A DNA stretch of 64,000 nt from Euprymna scolopes (taxonomy: Eukaryota). This document shows positions 13,490-25,975 of the stretch, piece after piece (the stretch's first letter is position 1; every line of letters starts with the position of its first letter). Under the pieces are notes generated by a model, which did no database searches, was not told the DNA's origin, and worked only from the letters and a program-made list of their open reading frames with translations. Position numbers and translations under genes: made by a program. Location: NCBI GenBank assembly GCA_053919585.1, contig CM132818.1, one strand, 5' to 3'.

Positions 13490-13730
13490 TTTTTTTTTTT
13501 TTTTTTTTTACATGGAGTTCACCACTTATCAAGGCCCAATGGCCACTCAGGGATAAGGGTTATTGTGTGTACAGTAATCAATGGGATAGTGTAGCAATAG
13601 TATTGGAGAATTGATAAGGTGCTATTACTTAAGGGGGCAGTTCATCAGGAATTTGTTTGTGTTGGACTTGAAGACATCCAGGTTGAAGTCGGGGGGGGGG
13701 AAACAAGCAAGCAGAACAGAGTTCCACATT
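13490..13730 (-). mobile_element. Short 5'-truncated LINE 3' end with poly(A), related to the 41.7-43.9 kb LINE
   Basis: Shares the 3' UTR motif cccttatc..gagtggcc....gggccttgataagtggtg plus A tail; ORF-end remnant FKSNTNKFLM similar to FKSKVNKFLM. Confidence 0.75.
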
Positions 13731-16700
13731 TATTATAAATATTGAGATGATAGCAACAAACATGAAGATGCTTCCCACAAAGCGCACACAAGCATCCCAT
13801 TTTCCTGCCTTAATCTGTATGGATCAAACACTGAACTGGAGATACAAGAAACACTTTCTTGAAGGGTTCTAAAAGGCTAAGTAGAGAAGAAAGCTATCAT
13901 TAATTACTGTCTAATAATAGCTATTCATTAATCACTATTGCACAAAAAAATACAAATGAGGTTTTGGGTTCACTTCTATTTTCTTTTTAAAAATGTTTTT
14001 GTTTTGTGCACTTTTTTTTGTGGAAATGAATTATATACAACTTCTGCTTCATAAGTTTCATTTGAAATGCGAAATGCATTGTGAATAAAGCACAAAAATA
14101 TGGATAAATTCTGTAAAAACAACTATCACTACATCAGCAATTTAACTACTTTAGTATTATTGACAATGTAATAGTTAAAACATTCCATCTATTTAGTTAA
14201 ACTTCAATCTAAAATTTAAGCATTTCTATTTGCCATATCCTTCATCCATATTTAAATTGTAAAGTTTTATGAAAATGATTTACTTCCACTGATTATACAT
14301 CTATGTTTTATATAAAAAAGAAAATCTTTAAATAAAAAGAAATGGAAGAAAGATTTTTCCAAAAGTCTCTTGTAATAAACAAGAAAAATCTTTAACAATG
14401 CTTATACATCCAAAACAAAGTGTTTAGTATCAAATTACTTGGCAACATATCAAAAATAGATTTCGACTGTTGAAAAGACATGATTCCGATTCATCATGAA
14501 AAAGTTTAGATATTTGTCGATTTCTCATTGGATTTTTGATAAGATTTGGCAATAAGGTCCACATACATCCCAGACGAAAGTCTAATGAGATGAGCAGAAT
14601 ATGCTTACAAGCTTCTATTTATTGGCTTTCCAACTTTCCAGGTTTTCTTAACTGGTGTTCACCTTAAACCCTAAGGTTCAATAGCAGGTCCCTCAGGTAT
14701 TTTGCGAGAACAAGCGAGATAAGCACTTTTGATTATTTCAACTACGTAATATTACTAAATGCACACCATACATGCTTTGCTTATTGTAATATAGACATCG
14801 TAGTTAAGCTATTATGTCATGGGAAAATATAACAAGTGATGTCTGTACAGGGACAGTGTGAAATAGCCTTCACTAGTTAGTACACACCCAGCAAACGAAA
14901 CCTGTAGATGAGCGATTCATCTGGTGATTCATTCTATCTACTGCTACTACTGATGTAGACTATGCCTACGTCTTGACGTCAGTCATCTCTGTGGTTGCAG
15001 CATGCAGATATAGCCCACAGTATTCAGTAATTTTTTTTTTTTTTTTTGAACATTTAAAGACATTACATGAACAGAATGAATTTTATTTAGCATTACTGAA
15101 AAAAAAATTGCAAAGTACTAATTTTTTCCTTGCCCAATTATTCCAAAATATATACTATGGTGTTCACCATGTGAACTATGATGAAAAACTGAGAAAGATA
15201 TAATTTTCTTTTTTTTTTTTTTTTTGCACAAGAGTTTCTCAAGACATGTCATTTATTTTATGGGTACACAAGGGTAAAAAAAAAACATTGAGAAATGCTG
15301 ACTAAACTAATTTACACATGTTAGTTGAATACAAATCGCATTTAAGATTTAATTTTTATTAGACTGTATATGCTTCCGTCTTTTTGTTCCTTCTTTTTAT
15401 CAGATATTTTAATCATATTTCATTTTTGTTCAAGTTTTACAGAAGGAGGAAGTCTATTTAAAACTTGTGTGACCAAAAGAGATACTTTTGAAAAAAAAAA
15501 AAAAAAAAAAAAAGGAGGCTCCAGTGAATTAATATTTGTGTCCTTCCCAAACGAAATTTGTGTGGATATTTAAATTTTATAATATTTATACTTATGAGTA
15601 TCACTTAGGCAACGCCATGGACTTGTTAGTAATAAGTTTGAAAAAAAAAAAAAAAATTCCTATAACTTTTGAAAGCTATCCGAGAATATAAGTTTCTTGC
15701 CACTCCTGTTAAAGGGCAACCCAATTATTTCAGACGGTAAAAAAAAAGGTGTGTCATAAAAGGCGAGGAAGTCTGCAAGTCGTAAGCACTTGCATTGAGT
15801 ATTTTCTTCGGAATACATTCCGGGAGAACTGCATAGCATTATAAGAGGTCAAAGGAAAAACAATCGCAAGGAACCTTTTCGCTTCTTTTGTCTTGATGTT
15901 TAGAAAGACATTTTGCGTGAATTGCTGATGTTTAGGTTTTTCACTTTAGAGAATTATTTCATGGCCTGTTCATTAAAAATATTTTTTTTAAATTTACACA
16001 ATAAATATAACAAAAAGGTTGATGAGCGATTTTAGTTCGCACCATAATCCTTTACAGATCATTTCATACCAAACCTAGTCATTTTTGTGCAAGTTTTTAT
16101 GAATGAGGTTCTCAATAATTCATGGTATGAATTTCGGCTTGTTTTACAGTATATCCACCCTTCTGGATTATTTAATGCAGAATTAAGTTTTAGCAAAAAC
16201 CTTTTACGCGTACTGATATTTTCAACTAGCTATTCAGAATGCAAATTTAATACTGACTCTATTCATATCTGTAAAAAAGTACTTTATGCTTCAAGTTTTT
16301 TATATCTTCAAGTCTTTACACACAGAATTTATTTTAACTAGTTATTCCTGTGATAAATTTATGTGTATATGTTGGGATGCAGTTTCATGTCACAAACGGA
16401 TAGATTCTATTGAATTCGTAGATAAAACAGACAGGTAAGATCACCGTTTCTGAGCGGATCTGGAATAATGGCAACCAAAGTGTTACTACACACTCTTCAA
16501 GAATCCCAAATTGCAGCCTTAGCACAAGATGCTGAATAAACAGGGATGCCATCCGAAGCACATACAGAAAACTTGATAAATCAAAATAAGATTTTAATGA
16601 ACAGACAAAGTAAATGACCTAAACAGCAATTCAGTTTTCTTGTTACACAACATACGTATTTTGATTGATTTTTGCTAATTCACAACATTTGGCAACAATT

Positions 16701-17506
16701 TCTTTTTAAGGGGATATGCTGATTGCAGAGGGAGTAGGCGGGAGTGATTTTGTGGAGAAAAAAAAAAAAATTCAAACTCTTACAAGATATATGTAGTGGG
16801 GTGGAGAAGAAAGGGATGAGAGAGAGAAAGAAAGATAAAACATTTTCAAGAAATAAGTTTTTTTTGCAAGACATTTTGGACTTTTTCTTCATAAAAGTCC
16901 GGTATCAAATGTACTAATTGGAATAAATAAATTAAAAAAAAAAAGTAAAAGTTCAATAACGTAAACCAAGAAGAAAAAGAGACCAAGAAAATTTTTTTCT
17001 TTAAAATACATATATATATATATCAAGCATCCCTAGAAGAAAAATTAAAGTCAAGACATGCAAATATTACCAACAGCTCTGGCACGAAAGTTGAGAAAGA
17101 AACCAAAATGACAAAATAGCCAAAGTGAAAAATATAGCAAGAATAAAATAGCAATAAATTAAAAAAAAAAATAAATAAATAAAAAATCCCCTGCATGAAA
17201 AAAATATATAATTTTTTTTTTTTTTTTTTTTCATTTTTTTTCTTTTTTGTTCCCCCTTGAGGTATTGATATTGGGCAAATTGAGAGGGGAGGGGGTATTG
17301 AAGAAAAAGAAAAAATTAAAGCAGCAAAAATAATTACTAAATACAAAGTGAAACTAACGTTAAAACAAACTCGCAGGGGAAGAGAGTGGGGGTAAGTGAC
17401 ATATTTTAAAAGAACAATTAAATTTTTTTTTTTTGTAAATGCTTAAAAAGAAAGAAAAAAAAAAGAAATTACCTAAAAAAAATCAGACAAGATGAGAAAG
17501 CCGTGC

Positions 17507-17546
<40 letters not shown>

Positions 17547-18439
17547 ATTTCTGAAGAGCCAAACAATGTTACATTTTTTTCTCAAACAACTACGTAAGAG
17601 AACTTACATTTTGGAAACTGGTTGAAAAGAAAGATTACAATGTCAGTCATTTAGATTACAAAAGAAAATTATATACATACATACTCACACCACACTTACT
17701 GAATATATCCATGCAATAAACAATCTTTTAAGAACAAATTTTCACATCAAAACAAGAGATCATTCAATATACTAGTCATGCTTTGAAAACTTCAAAGTTT
17801 ATCTGGTTTTATTTCAAAAACATATCTGGTATAAATGGATGACCACTTATTTCCAAGGTGAAATAATAAAAGAAATTGTTCTTAAAAAGTTGTTCATTAA
17901 ACGAGTATATACGGCATCTCAAAATGAAAAAAAAAACAAAAACAAAAAAAACATTGCCAGGTAAGGTTCGATTTCTCCTTGATTCGAAAAAGCCGTTAGA
18001 TGACATCTCTAAGAATAGAATGATATAAAAGTGATGAGAATAGAATAACTTTTCAATTCATACCATTAATTCAACATAAGATCACATAACCTTTACCATC
18101 AGAACAAAGACCAATCAAACATTCTATCCATAATTTTATGAATAAAGTCACTAACACACCAATGATTAATCGGACTAGTTATTCCCTTCTTCGTTTTGTT
18201 TGTGATATCTTATGTTTTGGTTGACACCTGAAAAGCAGCATAAAGTGAAGTGGGTAGTGATGAAAAGTGAAAAGAGTATGCAAAGTTCTCTGAACAGTTC
18301 TACCCAATTTCAGAAAATTCATACAACAAGCAAACCATTTATTGCTCAACGTTTGTAACTTTTGAAGTCTTTCTTTTCCACAAGTTTTCCAAATATTCTC
18401 TGAGGTGCTATTAGTCACAGGACCAAGTTTGCACAGTAT

Positions 18440-18695
18440 TGGGTTGGTTGTTTTTGTTTTACGGCATATCAACCCTTTTCAGGTTATTTAATGCCAAATC
18501 CAAAGATTTTGAAGAAAAATTTTTTAATAGAATATATTTGTTGTTTTCAAGTCGGTTTCTATCTAACCCATAGTTGGGACCCTAACAGGTATTACCACTC
18601 AGGGTCAGAGTGAACCTGGGAGCAATTAAATGGTGGCTCCACACTCCCCAAAGCCCGCAAGCTAGGGCCTCACTTAAGGTCATATCCAGGAGCAT
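18440..18695 (-). mobile_element. SINE-like interspersed repeat (related copies near 16430-16530, 29245-29310, 36440-36560, 48085-48150, 48600-48885)
   Basis: Recurrent motifs ggcatatcaacc...ggttatttaatgccaaatcc and accactc.gggtcagagtg.acctgggag.aat; (AACC)n-like tail on the minus strand. Confidence 0.6.
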
Positions 18696-19653
18696 TGCAC
18701 AGCATTGGGATCAGCTAATTAGTGTTGGTAGTGGAAGTAACAACTTTGAGATTCATTACAAAATATGTCAAGTTTAAACAGATTAAAAATAAGATGCAAG
18801 AAAATTATTTGTTCATTTAATATGATGTGGATACATTGGCTTAAGGTAAGCAATTTAAAAGCGAGCATTAAAGCTAGGCAACTAGAGAAGAAATAGAGTG
18901 CTCAATTACATCTGTAAGAATAATTTTTTATTTTAAATAACACTACAATAGTTCGATCATTGATTGATACCTGTGATTTCACAGAAACCGTGAAAATTCA
19001 GCTTGTATGGCGAAAGAAAATACCAAAACGTGACTATTCTTTAGCCGACGGTAGTTCTACAGGGTGGAGTTCCAGTGTTTATGTGAAACCACAGGTATTG
19101 AGAGTAGATCTAATTAATGCATCGTATCATTTTGAATTATACACACACATACACACTTATAAAAGATTCTCCAAAATTTTGTCTTTTCAGATAATTTAGT
19201 AGTTCCGGGTTTTCTAAATCATTAGTATTACAAGAGGTTCTCAGAATTTGGCAGTCAAGCAGTACATTATTTGGATTTTGCTTGGCTTTGCTTCAATAGC
19301 ACTCAATTGAGTTGATGAAGCCCCATTTTGCGCACTGGCTGTTGAGTTGAATTTATGATGAGGAAGCTTGTAGAATGTCGAGTGGGTAGACCATTAGCTG
19401 AAAATGTTCTTCAAATGTCCCGAGAGCACAGTAGTGGAAATTTCAAGAAAATTTTGGAAGCATCCGATAGCAGAGTTGACTTTGACCTAATCCAGGGAAT
19501 CCATACCAAGAATGGGATTTTATATGCCAAGTGAATGCAAATGTTACAAGAGGAGGAAAGATGTAGAACAATTCCACATGTTATGCATATAGGTGGCTTG
19601 CTAACAGTTGTGACTACATTCATCATTACAGAATCGATCATAATGTGTGTGTA

Positions 19654-19702
<49 letters not shown>

Positions 19703-22700
19703 TTTGTAGGGAAAGAACCCTACTAAAGTGCTCAATTATAAAGAATTCAATATAAGAGCATAATATTTAGTTTAATATTTTACAGAAGGTCAGAAAAACA
19801 TTAGTGCCGTCAGTTACAAATCTGATATAAGGATATATATATAAAACAGGATCTTATTAAATATAATAAGTATATACTTGTATATTCCCAATCAAATTTG
19901 AACTGTTGCTTCCAAAAGCAGACAAAAAAAAAAAAAAAAAACAACAAAAAAACCTCATCTTGTGAGCATCGTTATCTATGAGCTTTTCATTTAATCAGGA
20001 GAGCACACAACAGTGAAGATGTATTTCATCACATAGTGAATTTTAATAATATCTAATATTAAGAAATAACTGTTATAAAGCCTCCATTTTTTTCCTTTCA
20101 CTCCATAGAATAGAATCAGAGGGTACAATTGATACACTAATAAATTTGATTAAAGTATGGAAATAGTATTGCCTATAAGATGTAGAAGAAACCCAGCTCA
20201 TACAAACAAGCAATTTGAGATAGATAAAAATGATCTACATGAGAAAAAAAATCCATTTGCATTAAGGCTTCATTTAAATGTAGTCAGAAACCTTTAAGTA
20301 GTCAACCAAACTATAGTGAAAACATCACAAACAAAACAATGATTAAATAGCTCAACTACTGATATATTATTCTTGTACAAACAGCTAATATAAAAGAAAT
20401 GTATAGACAAATTGAAAACCTTTCTAGAATGGAAGCTTTCAAAAAGCATAAAATAATGATTTTCAAACAGGAAAGAATAAAGTTGAAAAATGTTACAAAA
20501 AAAAAAAATAAATAAATAAAATAAATATTGTCCATTTTATGACTATTCTAAAAATAGGTGCTTTAAATCCAAGTTCATTATACTAAATAACCATTTTATT
20601 TATTTATTTTTTCTAAATCCTAATCTAATAAATTCTAAGATTGGGGAAAATGCTCCTTCCTGGTCTCAGGACTGAAAACCCAACATTTTTGTTATGTATA
20701 ATAAATATATTATGAAATCTAAGAAAAAATATTTCAATTATTACATTTATTTCAAAATACTCAGATCTGAAATGCTTAAATTGTGAAAAATGTATTCACC
20801 AAAATAAGTATTAAAATAAATATAATTGAAACATTTGGTTTTCTTATGAAACACTGCTAGGACACTCTGGGCCAGGTTCTGAAACCATGCCTGAATCCAA
20901 AGTCCTCATTTGATGAGGGTTTTGTTGTTGAAAGTAATACAAACAGTTATTGTATATATATATATATATATATAAAACATTCTTTCTAATGCATGTTCAA
21001 GAATGCTTCCATTGTAGGAAATAAATTAAGTACATATCACTGTAATTCATCATTTTGTTTATTAAATCAATTTAGTATGCTTTGGACTTTGTTTTTTTTT
21101 AGAAGCACAATTAACACACATATTTCTTTTTTTCCTATTTGGAGTGTTGGGAATTTTCAGTGATTCCTACCACTTTTGTTAACCAAATACGAAATCTGAA
21201 GATGCAATCATGAGATTTATTAAACAAAATGTTTTGTTATTTATTTCCTAATGAGAGAATAAACCTAAACAATATATGTAAATGAAAGCAACAACCATAA
21301 TGAATTCTATTACAAAAAGGAAAAAAATATATACCTTAGCTTAGGACATGGATAGGGAAGGGACTGCTATTTTTATTTGTAAGTGCGAAAAATGAACGGG
21401 GAGTTTCACAATTCTTTAAATGGAAGTATCGGCACAAACCAAGAAACAAAATAGAGTAATGGTGATTATATTTATTAAAAAGTAAAACATAACATTTTAG
21501 GATCTGCAATCACTTTTAGCCTCAAATACGGACCAAAAAATGTCAAAATGAACCCAAATGGACACGTTTCACCTGTGTAATGTCTTTAATATTCTCAGTA
21601 ATTGTTATGCTCATTGCAGCAATGTTGCAAGGTCAGTAATAAGATGCAACACATTATTTGAGAAGAATATACACAACTTAAAAACTTCTCGGGCTCATCT
21701 TAATTTTAAATTCAGGTTTGTGGCTAAATAGCTTAGTGCGTTTATTTTTCAATAAATGTAATCTATCATTTGTGATCTTTGATTTGTGCCGGATCATTCC
21801 GTTTCAGCAATAGTGAAACACTTTATATTCAAATGAAGTTGGAATCTGTTGAAAAAATATTCTAATTACTATGTTTTGTGTTGCTTTTATTAAAGTTAAA
21901 AAAACAAACAAAAAAAAAAACGTATTTCTTCAACCAAAATCTACTTATCAAAAACAAAATGACCAGTTCCTTACAGAATATATCTGGAATACATTTGTTG
22001 ATTAAGGATAAACTTCAATTCAAGTTAAATTTCACCTTAAATTCTTCAGTCAAACATAATTTGGGGTAAAGGAATTAAGTTAGAATTAACAAAAAAATTC
22101 TTTAAGAATCAACACTTAATTACTTTACCTCAACATATGCTTATTATATTGTGTTACTTTTTTTTCAACCTAATAAAGTATATCCCCTTTCATTGAGGGT
22201 CCAACCTTTAATTACAAAATTTCCAGCAGTACTCTGTCAGTGCTGTCAAAGATAGGCCCTTATTCTAAAGTTATCAAAGAGAGGGGTCTGGTTATGAGCC
22301 CTGCACTAAATACAGAAGCTAGGTTAAAGTTAGTTGACTGTCATCCAATAGCAAATAATATATATAAGCTTGGTTTCTTAATGTATTAAAAGAAAAATTA
22401 AAAAAAAGTCTGATTTGACATTCTGGTAAATTCCAGCCAGAAAGAGGAAAATATTGAAACTGGTGAGACTAACCATGATCTGATTCCTAGAAATGATTCT
22501 GAAAAGCTTAATCATATTTGTTTATTTTGCCTGTTGGCATATGTTGTCAAACAACTCAAAAAACTAAAGGAGCTCTGAATCTAGAGTAGGGACTGAAATC
22601 ATTTAGCTGGCTCAACTATCAATATAAAGAGTCTTTAAAGGAATTGAAGAAACTTGCTGCTTCTAATGCCAGTGAAAAACCACACATCAGCATTAAATAG

Positions 22701-23587
22701 TATGGCAAATTTTCTGAATAATAATACAAATAACCATAATATTTCATTTTATCTGGCTATTATATCGATTTCAGGTTCAGCAATTTTACATTTCTATTCA
22801 TACAGGCATCCTTATCTTGATTATTGTAGTCATTTACCTCAAGTGGTTTGAGCTGATTTCCTTCTTGATGTGAACCACAGCGGCAATCGCTAATATGGGT
22901 AGCAACTCTCGATTCAATCACAGAAGGCCAACCACTTGTAGTCTAGAGAGTATTGCATAGTCCTCCTTGATTTTGTTGACCGTATCTTTAGCTGCTCACC
23001 AGCAGGTTTGGGCTAGGGCATGATTTAGGCCCTTTCTTTTAAACATCTTCCAAAGAAACTTTTCATGGCAATTTACAGAGGTAGAATGTGTTATTGCAAA
23101 GTTTTGGATGCTGTATGCTTGGACTTTTCACTTTCTTCCTGTAATAAATGGATGGAGTTAATATAGAAATAAAAAAAATTCTTTAGTTATAACTTTTTTT
23201 TTTTCGATTTGTTTTTCTTAATGTGTAGGTTGAAGGGCATCATCCCCACCAAGTTTCCATTCAGGTAACTGGCTAGTTGCATGCGTGGAAGATATCAATT
23301 CAACATTTTTAAGAAACTATCATGAGGATCAACTGCAAAAAGCTTTAATGCTATGCGATTTCCTGGCAACAGTTCTTTCCAAGACAACTTAGGTCAGCCC
23401 GTCACCGCCACTGACTGAGGACCTCCGCTCTAAAGCTATCCTCATCGTACTATTTGAGCATTCCACATGTCTTCACCAATAAAGATATCAATGTCCATGA
23501 AGACAAAAGCTGTTTCATAGATCTTGCGATCATATAATTGCTAAATTTTTTGGTTTCATATGGCAAATCTAATCATTGTCCTGTTGT

Positions 23588-24053
23588 TGATTGAGATTGT
23601 CGGACTGACTTCCTCATCTTGGTTGTTATTGTCACAACGTTTCGGCCGTTTTGCCCTCTGGCCTTCGTCAGGTGAACCGTTTGTTAGGAGTCTCGAACCC
23701 AACCCTTTATTATTATTACGGGGGTACCGTGTTCAGACTCCAGCTAGGCTTTGGGACATAGTTGCTAGTTTACAGTTACCCAAAGGTGCTGAGTTCAATC
23801 CTGAACGAAGGCAGTGAAAAAGTAACATTGAAAACAGAGAATCAGCAACTATGTCCCAAAGCCTAGCTGGAGTCCGAACACGGTACCCCCGTAATAATAA
23901 TAAAGGGTTGGGTTCGAGACTCCTAACAAACGGTTCACCTGACAAAGGCCGGAGGGCAAAACGGCCGAAACGTTGTGACAATAACAACCAAGATGAGGAA
24001 ATCAGTCCGACAATCTCAATCAATGAAAACACCTCATCTCAAAAATACAGACA
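23588..24053. mobile_element. Inverted-duplicated Penelope-like terminal (pLTR) insertion with 13-bp TSD
   Basis: Arms 23587-23766 and 23844-24023 are reverse complements with 4 transition mismatches; 77-bp spacer; TSD attgtcctgttgt at 23575-23587 and 24054-24066; hammerhead-like cores. Confidence 0.8.
23632..23675 (-). ncRNA. Minimal type-I hammerhead ribozyme-like motif
   Basis: UCAC-CUGACGA-A-GGCC(12-nt loop)GGCC-GAAAC-GUU-GUGA: conserved core boxes, stem II, stem I UCAC/GUGA, palindromic AACGUU stem III region. Confidence 0.6.
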
Positions 24054-24907
24054 ATTGTCCTGTTGTGTTGCAATATTTACAGGTCTGGTTTGGTCAAAGG
24101 CCAGCTCTTATCTGTATGGTGCATGCCACTGTTAACACAAGAACTATAAGCATAGTCATGAGCCTTAGACATAAGGTGGTTGCAGTTCATGGAACTTCTT
24201 TGAGGCAGTTTTGACTCTTGTTTTAGTGGTCAGTTCAGTCTTCAGAAACTGATAGCAGGTCTCCTAGACAGAAGAAAGAAGCTACCACCTCTAACTCCTC
24301 AGAGCCAGATTGGACATTTGTCTGTGGTCTACAATCAAAGGGAAGTGCTTGTCTCTGATACTTTGCAAAAATCCGAAACCTGAATCTTTCAAAAGTTTAT
24401 TGCCCTTGTGCACCAATACTTGCAACCATAGCAAAAGATGCTATTTTTGCCAACAGATGCGTGGCAGACAGCACATAAGAATCTGTCAGAAAACAATCTA
24501 TATATAATATTAAGTACACAAGAGACTGGATTTCAAACAATATCCTATGTATAATGAAGCTTTTTGATGGATACTAAATTTTGTCTAGATAATACTGTTG
24601 TGAAATGAAATAATTTATCCATAGGGCTAGAACCATAGACAATTCAAAAAGAGAAATGTGAGATCTATAACATAAGTTTTACCACTCGACTTTCATTTCA
24701 CCGTAGATCTGCTGAAGTGATAAAAACAATGTCAACTAAAAAGACTGTTTCTCTTTGGAGGCGCCAGTTTGAATTTGGTAGATATCTTTTTCCTTTTAAG
24801 GAATTTTCTATGTTGTGAGTCTCATAGATAAATTAACTGTTTCATTTAACTATGAGTATTAATTTAAAAGAACTAAAACGCAGTGTTATCCATAATATAC
24901 TGAATGA

Positions 24908-24953
<46 letters not shown>

Positions 24954-25446
24954 CCAAGAGTATGTTATAATGCTGATTTTTGGAGTTGAAATTTTCCAAC
25001 TGATGGTATCATTACATGCGTGATTTCATACTGACAAGTGCAGAAAACATGAAACATGTTAATAATTAATAATATTATTTATTAATGAAAGTCCTCTTAG
25101 TTGAGCCCTCTGGAGAGATATCAAAATTGAAAATTCGAGAAAAGTAGCCATGCTGTAAGATTCTCTTCCTTGGAGATCAGAACTCATTAGAATTTCAGTA
25201 CACATGTTCATATCCATATTTCTCTCATATTTCTAAGCATATCGTCACATTAGGTAAATGGTTATGAAGCCAGAGTTGATAATATTTGGATCCGGGATTT
25301 GAATTTTCCAACCAGCAGTACGGTTATGTAATTCAGACGTGATTTATGCTTTTAGTTTTAACATCCATTTTGATTCTTTTGTTTGCACAACTATATATAA
25401 TCTACACAGTTTTACGTCTTACATTTAAAATAAGTTTACTGGTCAC

Positions 25447-25483
<37 letters not shown>

Positions 25484-25720
25484 ATTATATGATTCTTGAA
25501 TGTATAATTTTTTTTTTTTTTTTTTTTTAAATATATTTCTAAATAGTACTATTAAAATTTAGTATACAAGATATATATAAAAGATAATATTCAATAATGA
25601 TTTCCATTTAGGAGAGCAAAACAAAAATTCTAGATAAATTTCTATCCGAAAATAAGTTCTAAAATAATCCAATATTTAATGAGATCCAGTAGAAATCACT
25701 TAGAAAGAAAAGAATGAAAA

Positions 25721-25975
25721 CATTGAACCATTTCAACGAATGATACAAGCATTCAATCATTTCAACGAATGATACAAGCATTCAATCATTTCAACGAATG
25801 ATACAAGCATTCAATCATTTCAACGAATGATACAAGCATTCAACCATTTCAACGAATGATACAAGCATTCAACCATTTCAACGAATGATACAAGCATTCA
25901 ACCATTTCAACGAATGATACACGCATTCAACCATTTCAACGAATGATACACGCATTCAACCATTTCAACGAATGA
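25721..25975. repeat. 29-bp minisatellite, ~9 copies (cattcaaYcatttcaacgaatgatacaMg)
   Basis: Direct tandem copies without spacers. Confidence 0.97.

Larger units (their letters stand above)
23250..24500 (-). mobile_element. Degenerate RTE-type LINE fragment, interrupted by the 23588-24053 insertion
   Basis: Minus-strand remnants LCAVCHASVGKNSIFCYGCK and ELEVVASFFCLGDLLS typical of RTE-clade ORF C-terminal regions; frameshifted. Confidence 0.6.

Noticed and set aside
17023-17060. Strong acceptor tttttcttctag with upstream TGCATG
   Set aside because: No donor and runs straight into (AT)n; insufficient evidence
23560-24135. Mirror-image ORFs 23560-23817, 23733-24032 and 23851-24135 as duplicated genes
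   Set aside because: By-products of the inverted repeat; no domain or splice structure
25721-25975. CRISPR-like 29-bp repeats
   Set aside because: No spacers, no cas genes, eukaryotic intron; it is a tandem minisatellite
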